NCBI GenBank assembly: GCA_963666275.2
Contig: CAXXOA010000002.1
Location: 32,001-96,000, forward strand
DNA from: Oceanispirochaeta sp.
GTDB lineage: Bacteria; Spirochaetota; Spirochaetia; DSM-2461
Direction: 5' to 3'
DNA length: 64,000 nt
In this document: positions 20,392 through 30,528 of the stretch, piece after piece
Layout of the letters: every line of letters begins with the position of its first letter
Position numbering within the stretch: position 1 is the stretch's first letter
The notes under the pieces: model-generated
Seen by the model: the letters and a program-made list of their open reading frames with translations, nothing else
What the model was told of the DNA's origin: nothing
Database searches by the model: none
Program-made: the position numbers and the translations under genes

Positions 20392-21666
20392 CTATTCCTG
20401 CTGTTTCTCACGGAATTCTCTGGGCGTCATACCCTCATTCTGCTTAAAAACCTCTGAAAAGTATCTTTTGTTTTTAAACCCTACCTCTCTGGCAATATCG
20501 CAAATAAGTTCTGAGCGATCTGAAAGCATAGACTTCGCCTTTTCAATCCTTAGATCCCTGATATAACTTGCTATATTCATACCTACTTCTCTGTTGAAAA
20601 TACTGCTCAGATAAGACGGGCTTACATGAATCTGATCAGCTATAAAAGTCAGAGAGATGTCCCATCGACAATAACTGATCTTGATGGTGCTGAGAGCGAG
20701 CTGGGTAATACGGCTGAATCGCTGCTCCCTCCGGGTAATGATTTCAATACACTCAGCAAATAGATCATGAAGAGCTTCAGTAAACATCTCTATAGAAGGA
20801 TAGATTTCGGCATCAAAAGCCGAATCGATACCATCACTGACCGGAATATCATAGGCTCTGCTGCATTGCAGATAAAAACGTTTGAGGAGAAGTGCTGTAT
20901 CATGCAGCAGATAGCTATCAAAACTGTATTTGATTTTTCCCAGCATCAGATCCAAGAGATTGTTTTTAAAAGTCTCAAAATCTCCGAGATTGACTGCTGA
21001 AATAACTCCCTGGGTCAATTTCTGAATATCCGATGCATCAGGAAAAACACGAATCTGTGCAAGCTTTTCCGGCGTGAGTGTCATTGGTTCCATAAGAAAA
21101 TATTTCTTCCCGGAAAGCATCATGAGTTCTGATAAAACTGTCGGCAGATTTTCCATACTCTGACTGTCTCTGGTGAAATAGGTCTGATTACAGTATCTGG
21201 CATCTTTTAAGAAGGTCTCGCAATACTGCTTCTGCAAAAACTCCTGGGCCAGACTGAAAAGCCTGTCCAAAGAGAGACCAGAGTGGGAACCGGGGCTGAC
21301 AATCATTATGATCTGTTTATCAGCATAGAGGTGCAGAAAAATCTCCCCCGTATAACCGTATCTTGAAAATAGATCCTGCATATGCTGCTCAAACTGAATG
21401 TAGAGCTCCATGTAGTCATTGGTACTAAGTCCGTAAATACCGGAGTAAACAGCTTTCCTCAAACCCAGAAGGCAGATACGGCAGTCTTCAGGATGAAAAC
21501 GGAGGGGAGGTTCTTTTTCTTTAATAAGCAGGTCATCAAGATAACTTCTATTCTGCCCGGAAACCAGCTCGTTGAGAAAGACAAGGCGGGTATAGGAATT
21601 TCTTGATTCTCCGACAATTTGATAATACATACAATAAAAGTATAACCGGGAAACAGAGCTGTTCAC
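20392..21666 (-). CDS. AraC-family transcriptional regulator
   Basis: C-terminal SLTFIADQIHVSPSYLSSIF...IAREVGFKNKRYFSEVFK...GMTPREFR; start uncertain. Confidence 0.88.
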   Translation of the reverse strand: MNSSVSRLYFYCMYYQIVGESRNSYTRLVFLNELVSGQNRSYLDDLLIKEKEPPLRFHPEDCRICLLGLRKAVYSGIYGLSTNDYMELYIQFEQHMQDLFSRYGYTGEIFLHLYADKQIIMIVSPGSHSGLSLDRLFSLAQEFLQKQYCETFLKDARYCNQTYFTRDSQSMENLPTVLSELMMLSGKKYFLMEPMTLTPEKLAQIRVFPDASDIQKLTQGVISAVNLGDFETFKNNLLDLMLGKIKYSFDSYLLHDTALLLKRFYLQCSRAYDIPVSDGIDSAFDAEIYPSIEMFTEALHDLFAECIEIITRREQRFSRITQLALSTIKISYCRWDISLTFIADQIHVSPSYLSSIFNREVGMNIASYIRDLRIEKAKSMLSDRSELICDIAREVGFKNKRYFSEVFKQNEGMTPREFREKQQE

Positions 21667-21708
21667 AGTCAGAGTTCCATGAACAGACTGCTTCCCGATA
21701 AATGCTGA

Positions 21709-23619
21709 TTATTTCATTGCCTCTTCGCCGGCGATACGTCCGAAAGTGATGATATCTGCAATAGCATTTCCTCCCAGACGATTAGCGCCGTGGATGCCTC
21801 CAGTGACTTCTCCCGCAGCAAACAGCCCGGGAATAACATTGCCGTCCCGGCCAATTACCTGGGCGTTCCCGTTAATCTGAATTCCTCCCATAGTATGATG
21901 AACTTTGGGAGTTACATAGATAGCATAGAAAGGACCTTGCTCTATGCGGATTCCAAATACCTGACGTCCCAGCTCATCAGACTGCACATCAACCGCCTGA
22001 TTGTAATCGGAGATCGTCTGCTGAAGTACAGCAGGATCCATTTCAAGCTGCTCTGCCAGATTCTGGATGGTATCCGCTTTAAACATCAATTCTCCATCAA
22101 TAAGATCATTAATCACAAATCCAGCATAGGTTTTTCCACCAAGACGGCCGTCAGCCTCCTGAGTATCAGTGATCCAATAACAGCTTGCTCCTGTCTGAGC
22201 CAGTGTTGCCGAGGCTATCTCATCACGGCGTCCATCCTCTTTGACATAGCGACGGCCCTCTTTATTCACATAAATCATATTGTTGATGGCAGCGGAAAAA
22301 TCCTGCTTATCAGCATTTGTCAGGAGCTGGATCCATTCCATGCCCACAAGGTTGGCATCAGCAGTCAGAGCGATACTGATACCATCTCCTGTAGCAGAGG
22401 GAACATTCGTGGTTTTCACATCCGGTCCGAGATCAGGCCAGTGTTTATTGTACTTCTGTCTCATGTCTACATTCGCCCCAAAGCCTCCAGTAGCAATAAT
22501 AACGCTCTTGCCTGCCCGGGCTTCAAAGGTATCCCCTTCAGCAGTCTTGCCGGAGACACCCACAACTTTACCGTTATCCATGAGCAGGGTATCAGCTCTG
22601 TGATACAGTTTCACCTGACCGCCCAGTTCCTGAACCTTGGCCCACTGGGGCAGAACAAATGCGGCACCTTTTGTTCCCCAGGGTTCGGGTTCAGGCATAT
22701 GGCTGCGGCTCCAGGTAGCTCCAATGGCTGCAGTGACATTCTCTTTCCACCGTGTACCCAGTTCTTCCATAAACTTGACACTTTCAGCAGCGCCTTCGCA
22801 GTAGCGGTCCACAAGAGCAGGGTCTGCGACATAATCACCGCCGATGTATGTCTGGAGCTTATGAAGATCCGTTGAATCGTAAAGATAGGTAGCGCCTTCG
22901 GCAATATGCGCATCCAGACCTTTTCGAACAGAGGACTGCCATTTGGCCATCCAATCGTCATGAGGTTCCAGAGCCAGGATTGCCTGGATCTTTTTGATCT
23001 CCGACTCGGACATGGGCATATTTTTCTGACGATCCGGATCGGCACCGTTGAGAGCACTTCCTGCAGCAATTGTATTTCCGCCTACAGCTCCGGTCTTTTC
23101 AATAAGCAGAACGGAACCTCCCGCACTGAGAGCTTTGTAAGCAGCAGTGATACCAGCCCCTCCGGCTCCTATAATGACCACATCAGCCTCATATTCCAGA
23201 TGTTCACTGGCTTTCTTTTCATCCGCCGCAGCTTCTCTCGAGATGACAGCCTCACTGGCTCCAGCCAACAGTAGAGCTGCCTTGACCGCACCGAGAATAC
23301 CTTTACTGGAATAGGAAGCTCCTGAGATAACATCCAGAGCAATAGTCTGTTTTTCGATGATTCGTCCGGGCAACTCATTAAATGCAGGATCAGAGATTCC
23401 GATACTTTCCTTATGATCCTTAAATGTGATTTCCTCAATACGGGAGTCACTGACTGTAACGACAGCTGTAACCGGCCCATTCATCCCCTCCGCAGTCCCT
23501 TCATAGGTTCCGCTCTTAAATATAGCTTCTACGCTTTTTTCAGATGATTCTGATCCGCATCCTATAAGCCCGAAGGTTAGAATGACGCTAATCATCAACA
23601 GCAAGATTCTTTTAGTCAT
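21709..23619 (-). CDS. Flavocytochrome c-family reductase lipoprotein with N-terminal FMN-binding domain (urocanate reductase-like architecture)
   Basis: Lipobox LIGC; DVISGASYSS flavinylation motif; GAGGAG; ATGGF; HHTMGG; GIHGANRLGGNA. Confidence 0.88.
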   Translation of the reverse strand: MTKRILLLMISVILTFGLIGCGSESSEKSVEAIFKSGTYEGTAEGMNGPVTAVVTVSDSRIEEITFKDHKESIGISDPAFNELPGRIIEKQTIALDVISGASYSSKGILGAVKAALLLAGASEAVISREAAADEKKASEHLEYEADVVIIGAGGAGITAAYKALSAGGSVLLIEKTGAVGGNTIAAGSALNGADPDRQKNMPMSESEIKKIQAILALEPHDDWMAKWQSSVRKGLDAHIAEGATYLYDSTDLHKLQTYIGGDYVADPALVDRYCEGAAESVKFMEELGTRWKENVTAAIGATWSRSHMPEPEPWGTKGAAFVLPQWAKVQELGGQVKLYHRADTLLMDNGKVVGVSGKTAEGDTFEARAGKSVIIATGGFGANVDMRQKYNKHWPDLGPDVKTTNVPSATGDGISIALTADANLVGMEWIQLLTNADKQDFSAAINNMIYVNKEGRRYVKEDGRRDEIASATLAQTGASCYWITDTQEADGRLGGKTYAGFVINDLIDGELMFKADTIQNLAEQLEMDPAVLQQTISDYNQAVDVQSDELGRQVFGIRIEQGPFYAIYVTPKVHHTMGGIQINGNAQVIGRDGNVIPGLFAAGEVTGGIHGANRLGGNAIADIITFGRIAGEEAMK

Positions 23620-24166
23620 TAGATCTCTCCTTATCGATATTTATTTACCTAAACTACCATGAGAGGATTGCCATCACAAGTGAGAATTTTTTTGGAAAGG
23701 TGCCAAAAATTTTGGATCAATAATTATATCCCATAAATTTGTCCGCATTTTTCATCAAAAATCATACTGGGAAATACCCTCTGCTTCCGGTTTCGGAGTC
23801 AGGCATTCATTCAAGTAGGGGATGATTCTGCCTTGGATTGCTCAAAATCATCCCTCTCCGGACAAGAAATCGGAAGATATTCAAACATTCCCATAAAATA
23901 TCAAACATCCTTGCCCTTCAATAGGTCGTCTCGGATTTTTACGAAAATTCTGTACCCAACTGAAGAAGATTCCTCATGTACTTCTGAAACGGCCGCCCCT
24001 AAGATAAGCCATACGGTGTTGCACCGGAAAAATGATTAAGACAGTGACAGGCTGAAGCGAACGCACTGAATCAGAATAGGATCGTCCGGAGGCTAATCTC
24101 TCTGAATGATCTTCAGCCTGCAAACATTGTGTTAATCCCACCTACGTATTTTCTAAGGAGGAATAT

Positions 24167-25153
24167 ATGAAGAAGATTTTGTGTATGCTGATTGTATTAT
24201 CAGCGCTGGGTTCGGTAACTATGTTCGCCGGCGGACAGACCGACTCGAATTCGATTAAAGTCGGAATTGTGAACCTGCCGCCCGAAGAATCCGGTTACAG
24301 ACAGGCCAATGTGGACGCCATGAACAGTGTCTTTTCAGCAGAGAAAGGCTATGACGCAAAACAGACCAATACCGGAGACAACAGTGAGCAGATCGCCGCA
24401 GCCAAAGGGTATATCCGGGACGGAGTGGATTATCTTCTCATTTCGGCAGCCAATGCATCCGGATGGGACGACACCCTGAAGTCCGCAAAAGAAGCAGGTG
24501 TAAAAGTTATCCTTTTCGACCGCCTGATCGATACAAGTGAATCAAACTATCAGGCAGCCCTGGTTTCCGATATGGCTTATGAAGGCAAAATGGCAACAGA
24601 TTGGGTTCTGAACCTGGGTCTGAATGAAATCAATCTGGTTCTGATCCGGGGCCAGTTGGGATCTGCCGCAGAAATCGGCCGGAGCAGCGCCGTCCTCGAG
24701 GCAGCTGCCGCCAATAAACTCAATATCGTAGCGGATGGAACAGGTGGAGACAGCTGGAGCCTTGAAGAAGCCCGGAAAGTGGTGGAAGCCGCCATTGCGG
24801 CAGGCAAAGATTTCAACGTGATCTACGCTCAGAATGACGGTATGGCCCAGGGAGCTGTTCAGGCTCTTGAAGCAGCCGGTATCACCCACGGTAAAGACGG
24901 TAAGGTCAAGGTTATCGGTTTTGACTTCAACCGCTTCGCCCTGAGGAACGTACAGGAAGGTTACTGGAACGCCAATATGCAGTGTAATCCCCGCCAGGCA
25001 GCAGAGATCGCCAGGTGGATCGAAAGCGGTTCGCTCCCCAGCGGAATCCAGTATCAGGAAGAACTGCTGGTTACTACAGACACAATATCCGATGAAATTA
25101 TCGACCAGTGGGGAATCAATGCCGATCCCGGAAAAGGTGTGATAACCAGGTAA
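24167..25153 (+). CDS. Sugar ABC substrate-binding protein (RbsB/YtfQ superfamily)
   Basis: ESGYR, GWDDTL..AKEAGVKVILFDR, YAQNDGMAQGA, CNP; AAGGAGG RBS. Confidence 0.88.
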   Translation: MKKILCMLIVLSALGSVTMFAGGQTDSNSIKVGIVNLPPEESGYRQANVDAMNSVFSAEKGYDAKQTNTGDNSEQIAAAKGYIRDGVDYLLISAANASGWDDTLKSAKEAGVKVILFDRLIDTSESNYQAALVSDMAYEGKMATDWVLNLGLNEINLVLIRGQLGSAAEIGRSSAVLEAAAANKLNIVADGTGGDSWSLEEARKVVEAAIAAGKDFNVIYAQNDGMAQGAVQALEAAGITHGKDGKVKVIGFDFNRFALRNVQEGYWNANMQCNPRQAAEIARWIESGSLPSGIQYQEELLVTTDTISDEIIDQWGINADPGKGVITR

Positions 25154-25268
25154 TCGCGATCATTGCACGATTTTACCTATCGGAACTTGTATGTGCGGTG
25201 CGCTGTGCGGGAATCTTTCGCGTACAACGTACCGCAATGAATTTGAAAAGAACCAAGGAGGATCCGGA

Positions 25269-26771
25269 TTGGAGCCTTTAAACATACTAGAAATGGAAGG
25301 CATCAGCAAATCGTTTCCCGGGGTACAGGCACTGGATGCCGTTGACTTCTCGCTCCGTAGGGGTGAGATCCATGCCGTGATGGGCGAAAACGGTGCGGGC
25401 AAGTCAACCCTGATAAAGGTCATAACCGGAGTCTACGAAAAGGACACCGGCCGTATTGTCCTGGATGGAGAGCCGATTCACTTCAAATCGCCCCAGGAAG
25501 CTCAGAACTCGGGGATAGGCACAGTGTATCAGGAAATAACCCTATGCCCCAATTTGACCGTGGCGGAAAACATGTTCATCGGCCGCGGGAACAGCCCCTT
25601 CATCACGTGGAAACATATGAACGAAAAGGCGGCCGGGCTGCTGGACTCTCTCGGGATTCCCGCCAGTCCGACCCAGGAACTGACCAGCTGTTCCATCGCC
25701 ATCCAGCAGATGATAGCCATTGCCCGGGCAGTCGATATGGACTGCAAAATACTCATTCTGGATGAGCCGACCTCCTCACTGGACGATGACGAAGTGAATA
25801 AACTCTTCATCCTCATGAGAGAGCTGAAAGCCCGGGGAGTGGGAATCATCTTCATAACCCACTTTCTTGAACAGGTCTATGAGATAACAGACAGGATCAC
25901 GGTCCTCCGCAATGGACAGTTGATCGGTGAATATGAAACTTCATCTCTTCCCCAGATCGAACTCATTGCGAAAATGATGGGAAAAAACCTGGATGATGTC
26001 ACAAAGATAAAAAAGCACGAGCCTCTGCTCTCCGGATCAGATGCCCCTGTTTACGAAGCAAAAACTCTTTCCAGCGACGCCGGGGTTCGGCCCTTCGACT
26101 TCACCATACAAAAAGGAGAAGTGAACGGGTTCGCAGGTCTCCTGGGCTCCGGACGCAGTGAATGTGCACGCGCCATATTCGCTGCCGACAAGGTGACAGG
26201 GGGCGAAATCAAAATGAAAGGCAGGAGCTTAAAGATTAGGACCCCCCTGCAGGCCATGAAACAGGGGATCGGATACCTGCCTGAGGACAGAAAAAGGGAC
26301 GGGATTGTGGATGAACTTTCAGTCCGGGACAATATCATTCTGGCTTATCAGGTTCTGAAGGGCTTTTTCAAGCCCCTCTCGCAAAAGATGGCTGAAGAAT
26401 TTGCAGATGAGTTTATTGAAAAACTTAAAATCAAAACGCCTTCCTCGGAGACCCCGATCAAGTCGTTATCCGGCGGCAATCAGCAGAAGGTTATTCTGGC
26501 CCGCTGGCTGCTGACCCACCCTGAGTACCTGATCCTCGATGAGCCCACAAGGGGGATAGACGTGGGGACCAAAGTGGAGATTCAAAAACTGGTGGTCAAA
26601 CTCGCCGAAGAGGGAATGAGCCTGACCTTTATATCTTCTGAAATTGACGAAATGATCCGAACCTGCTCCCGCATGATCGTCATGAAAGACCGGGAAATTG
26701 TAGGGGAGCTCAGTGGAACGGATATAACGGAAAACGATATCATGCAGAAAATTGCCCAGGGAGGTGAGTAA
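25269..26771 (+). CDS. Sugar ABC transporter ATP-binding protein (two NBDs)
   Basis: GENGAGKS, LDEPTSSL, GLLGSGRSE, LSGGNQQK; TTG start at 25269 follows AAGGAGG. Confidence 0.93.
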   Translation: MEPLNILEMEGISKSFPGVQALDAVDFSLRRGEIHAVMGENGAGKSTLIKVITGVYEKDTGRIVLDGEPIHFKSPQEAQNSGIGTVYQEITLCPNLTVAENMFIGRGNSPFITWKHMNEKAAGLLDSLGIPASPTQELTSCSIAIQQMIAIARAVDMDCKILILDEPTSSLDDDEVNKLFILMRELKARGVGIIFITHFLEQVYEITDRITVLRNGQLIGEYETSSLPQIELIAKMMGKNLDDVTKIKKHEPLLSGSDAPVYEAKTLSSDAGVRPFDFTIQKGEVNGFAGLLGSGRSECARAIFAADKVTGGEIKMKGRSLKIRTPLQAMKQGIGYLPEDRKRDGIVDELSVRDNIILAYQVLKGFFKPLSQKMAEEFADEFIEKLKIKTPSSETPIKSLSGGNQQKVILARWLLTHPEYLILDEPTRGIDVGTKVEIQKLVVKLAEEGMSLTFISSEIDEMIRTCSRMIVMKDREIVGELSGTDITENDIMQKIAQGGE

Positions 26772-26773
26772 CA

Positions 26774-27850
26774 ATGCGTAATGTGAAAGCAAAGTTCTCT
26801 CATCTCTTCCTTCCCCTTTCCGTGATGGTGCTGCTCATAATTATAAACCTGATCAAGGGTGCTGATTACTTCACCATCACAGTGGTTAACGGAGCCTTTT
26901 ACGGCAACATACCGAACATCCTGTTCGGGGCGTCCGAGCTTGTGATTCTGACCATCGGCATGACCCTGGTAACAGCGGCGTCCCAGGGCCAGGACATCAG
27001 CATCGGAGTAGCCTCCACCATTACATCCGCAGTCTTTGTCATGGTCGTCCTGAAATCCGGCGCCGATGTCACCCTTATAACCATACTGGGGGCGTTTCTC
27101 ATAAGCTGCGTTGCCGGGCTTCTTGTGGGAGCCTTCAACGGAGCTCTGGTTTCGGTATTCAATGTTCAGCCCATGGTAGCAACACTCATACTTTTTACCG
27201 GAGGCCGGTCCATCGCCTTCATGATCGATGGCAAACTGTCTCCCATACTGGCGAATGATATCTCGAACCAGATAGGGACAGTCATACCCGGAGTGCCGAT
27301 ACAGACTCCCATCATCCTGACCGCCCTCTTTATTGCCATCGTCGCCGTCGTGCTCAAGACGACCAATCTCAGGCTCTATGTGGAATCCGTCGGCATCAAT
27401 CCGAATGCAGCGCGTTTAAACGGCATCAATCCGAAAAGAATCATATTCCTTACATTTCTGATTATGGGGATCTGCACGGCAATTGCGGGATTCATCGCCG
27501 TGAACAAAGCGGGCCGCCATGACAGTGTCAATCTGCTCAAGCTGATTATGATGGATGCGATCCTTGCCGTGGCCATCGGGGGAAACTCTCTCGGGGGCGG
27601 CAGATTCAGCATCACCGGAGCAATTATAGGAGCCTATACCATTGAGGTTTTGAACAGGACCTTGCTCCGACTGGAGGTTTTGCCCGAAACAATTCCGGCG
27701 TTTAAAGCGGTCTTCATCATCATCCTCATGGTGGTGGCGTCTCCCGTGGTGAGAGCTTTTGCCAGAGACACTATTGACAAGGTCAGGGCCCGGGGAGTTT
27801 TCAAAATAAATTCCAAGGGCACCCCAGACCCCACTTTAAAGGAGGAGTAG
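26774..27850 (+). CDS. Sugar ABC transporter permease (YtfT-like)
   Basis: GMTLV...GQDISIG, VQPMVATLI, DAILAVAIGG. Confidence 0.9.
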   Translation: MRNVKAKFSHLFLPLSVMVLLIIINLIKGADYFTITVVNGAFYGNIPNILFGASELVILTIGMTLVTAASQGQDISIGVASTITSAVFVMVVLKSGADVTLITILGAFLISCVAGLLVGAFNGALVSVFNVQPMVATLILFTGGRSIAFMIDGKLSPILANDISNQIGTVIPGVPIQTPIILTALFIAIVAVVLKTTNLRLYVESVGINPNAARLNGINPKRIIFLTFLIMGICTAIAGFIAVNKAGRHDSVNLLKLIMMDAILAVAIGGNSLGGGRFSITGAIIGAYTIEVLNRTLLRLEVLPETIPAFKAVFIIILMVVASPVVRAFARDTIDKVRARGVFKINSKGTPDPTLKEE

Positions 27851-27851
27851 A

Positions 27852-28928
27852 ATGGAATCCAATACCAAAACCAAATCAAAACTGTCGAATTCCAATCTTC
27901 TGTTTATCATTGCCTCAGGAATTTTTGTCCTGATGTATCTGGCAGCGATCATAAGCTTTCCGGGCAGTTTCCTGCAGTTTCAGACTTTTTTTGATCTGTT
28001 CAGCCTGAATGCGCCCCTCATCATCATGACCCTGGGTTTATGTATCGTTATGATCGGAGGAGGCATAGACATTTCCATCGGTTCGGTATGCGGACTGGTG
28101 ACCATGGCCAGTGCGGTATATCTTGAATCGGGAATGGGCAATATAGGGGGGGCGATTCTTCTCTCTGTCGGGATCGGCATTGCCTTTGGTGTTCTGCAGG
28201 GATATCTCATAGCCTATCTTGAGATACAGCCCTTCATCATCACCCTATCGGGGCTGTTCCTGGGAAAAGGACTCCTCACGACCCTCCACAAAGATCCTAT
28301 CAATGTCACTATGGCGCAGTTCATCTCCCTGCGGGATTTCAATTTTGTGGTTCCCTGGCTGGGCCGGGTTAACAGACTGGGGATTTTCATCCCTCTGAAG
28401 ATCAAACCCGGCTTTATCCTTGTGGTTGTCCTGGTGGCCTTTTTTGCTGCGTTTATGAAATGGTCCCGATTCGGACGCAACGTCTATGCAGTGGGAGGGA
28501 ATGAATACAGCGCCAGGATGCTGGGTATCAATGTTAAAAGGACCAAATTTTTTACCTATGTGATTTGCGGACTCACCGCGGGCATATCCGGTTTTGTGTT
28601 CATCATGACCACGGGAGCCGGGAATATCGGAAACGCAGTGGGCTTTGAAATGAAAGCCATAGCCTCGGCGATCATCGGCGGTACCCTGCTCAACGGCGGC
28701 GTCGGGAACCTGATTGGAGCGCCCATTGGCACATTGACCCTGCTGATCATAAATGAACTGATCCGGGCCGGCGGAGTCCAGTCGAACTATCAGGCGATCA
28801 TCAGCGGGCTGTTGCTCTATCTTTTCATTGTCCTTCAGAGTGTGGTCATGGCCATGCGGGATAAAGGGCAAATCAAAATGGCCCTCCCCCCCTGGCTCAC
28901 AGGCAGCAGAAAAGCTGTGGACCAGTGA
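27852..28928 (+). CDS. Sugar ABC transporter permease (YjfF-like)
   Basis: GGIDISIG, QPFIITL, FGRNVYAVGGN, IASAIIGGTLL. Confidence 0.9.
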   Translation: MESNTKTKSKLSNSNLLFIIASGIFVLMYLAAIISFPGSFLQFQTFFDLFSLNAPLIIMTLGLCIVMIGGGIDISIGSVCGLVTMASAVYLESGMGNIGGAILLSVGIGIAFGVLQGYLIAYLEIQPFIITLSGLFLGKGLLTTLHKDPINVTMAQFISLRDFNFVVPWLGRVNRLGIFIPLKIKPGFILVVVLVAFFAAFMKWSRFGRNVYAVGGNEYSARMLGINVKRTKFFTYVICGLTAGISGFVFIMTTGAGNIGNAVGFEMKAIASAIIGGTLLNGGVGNLIGAPIGTLTLLIINELIRAGGVQSNYQAIISGLLLYLFIVLQSVVMAMRDKGQIKMALPPWLTGSRKAVDQ

Positions 28929-28932
28929 AAAA

Positions 28933-30528
28933 TCAGTCCGAAGTCCGGTTCGACGATCTGAACCGGCTTGGCGACACTCCGGCATTCTTTCGGAAGATAT
29001 AACTGAAATAATGGGGATCGCTGTAACCGACTTCGAAGGCGATGTCAGAACACTTCATCTGATTGTTTATGAGGAGCTGCTTGGCTTTGCCTATACGGAC
29101 TGAAGTCAGATACTCTATGAACGTCTCTCCCGCCTCCTGTGAAAATATCGTACTGAAATGGTTCGGGCTGACATTGACATGGGAGGCAACGTCGTAGAGC
29201 GACAGATCCTGCCTTGCAAATTCCATATCGATAAATCTCTTTGCTTCCAGGATCCTCAAATGGTGCTTCGTATGAATCTGGGAATCCCTGTAGGCGATCC
29301 ATTTTTCAATCATCCTGAACGCTCTTTCTGAAAACGTCTCATCCGTAAAAGACACTTCGGCAATATGGTTCCGGTCGTAGGATTCGGGAACCACATCCCG
29401 GGGATTTCCCTGAAGATCTTCAATCAGCAAACACACCGAATCTATGATGTCGCAGTAGGCAATGGCAAAATAGCTTGAATTGATCGAGCCTCTCGATTTT
29501 TCACCGGCAATATCCATATACTGGGCTATGATCTCCGGGATATCCTCCAGGGAAGCGAAGCGGATCCTTTCGGTCAGATGATCTCTCTCCGAGGGAAGAG
29601 GTCCATCGGTTCTGCTCCACTTCATGTCGCCCGCGCTGATGATGTTCTTTTTCCCCGTAAGCCTCATATAACGGATCGCTTTATCCGCATCCGTATAGGA
29701 GTGGATGATTTCTCCAATGTGTTCCACTATCGAACCGATTCCGATAGCCAGTTGGCATTGGCTGTTCCTTTCGGTCTCGAATTTAATCCCCTGTGCCAGG
29801 GTATAAATGATGTCATCCTTCGTCTCTTCTGAAACATTTTTGGCCAGGATTATAAGCTTTTCCATGCTCTGGGGAAACAGAAGAAAATCCTGACGGTTCT
29901 GCAGCATAGCCTCGATAATCTCCCTGACCAGAGCAAACTGGGAGTAATCCCCGGAAACTGTGAATATTTCGACAGCCATGATCACATAGCCGTTGGCGAT
30001 CAGATCGATGTCGGCTTTCCGGGCCATTTCTATGGCATCGACAGTATCGATCTGTCCTGTGATGAGGTCGCATAACCATTTCTCCCGGAGGATATCCTCG
30101 GAGGTCTGGATCCTCTGTTTCAGGTTTTCGATACTGGCCAGCCGAAGCTTTTCTTTTTCGATCTCCCTTGTCACCTTCTCCAGGGATGAGATCATATCCT
30201 GCACGGACACAGGCTTGAGAAGATACTCATCGACGCCGATGGAAATTGCCTGTTTGGCATACTCGAACTCATCATGCCCGGACAGTATGATGATCTTGAT
30301 CCATGGCTGATCCCTCTTGATGATGCGTGCCAGAGCGAGGCCGTCCATAAAAGGCATTTTTATATCCGTAATAAGAATGTCGGGCTTGATCTCCCGAAGC
30401 GCGGGCAGGGCTATTTCACCGTCCGGAGCCTCTCCCGCAAGGGTAAAGGGTGTGGTCTTCCAGGGGATGCTGTTCCTGATACCTTCCCTGGTCACAATTT
30501 CATCCTCTACTAAAAAAACGCTATACAT
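28933..30528 (-). CDS. Two-component response regulator with AraC output (YesN type)
   Basis: VFLVEDE, ILITDIKMPFMDG; C-terminal VSPNHFSTIF, VGYSDPHYFSYIF. Confidence 0.93.
   Translation of the reverse strand: MYSVFLVEDEIVTREGIRNSIPWKTTPFTLAGEAPDGEIALPALREIKPDILITDIKMPFMDGLALARIIKRDQPWIKIIILSGHDEFEYAKQAISIGVDEYLLKPVSVQDMISSLEKVTREIEKEKLRLASIENLKQRIQTSEDILREKWLCDLITGQIDTVDAIEMARKADIDLIANGYVIMAVEIFTVSGDYSQFALVREIIEAMLQNRQDFLLFPQSMEKLIILAKNVSEETKDDIIYTLAQGIKFETERNSQCQLAIGIGSIVEHIGEIIHSYTDADKAIRYMRLTGKKNIISAGDMKWSRTDGPLPSERDHLTERIRFASLEDIPEIIAQYMDIAGEKSRGSINSSYFAIAYCDIIDSVCLLIEDLQGNPRDVVPESYDRNHIAEVSFTDETFSERAFRMIEKWIAYRDSQIHTKHHLRILEAKRFIDMEFARQDLSLYDVASHVNVSPNHFSTIFSQEAGETFIEYLTSVRIGKAKQLLINNQMKCSDIAFEVGYSDPHYFSYIFRKNAGVSPSRFRSSNRTSD

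Noticed and set aside
21790..22875. Long antisense ORFs (e.g. 21790-22875, 38155-39174, 43438-44397, 44291-45403, 50377-51525, 56775-57677)
   Set aside because: They are shadows on the opposite strand of well-supported genes, with no recognisable motifs or RBS
23980..24140. Known riboswitch (c-di-GMP, SAM, etc.) in the ABC operon leader
   Set aside because: No consensus elements recognised; reported only as an unassigned hairpin
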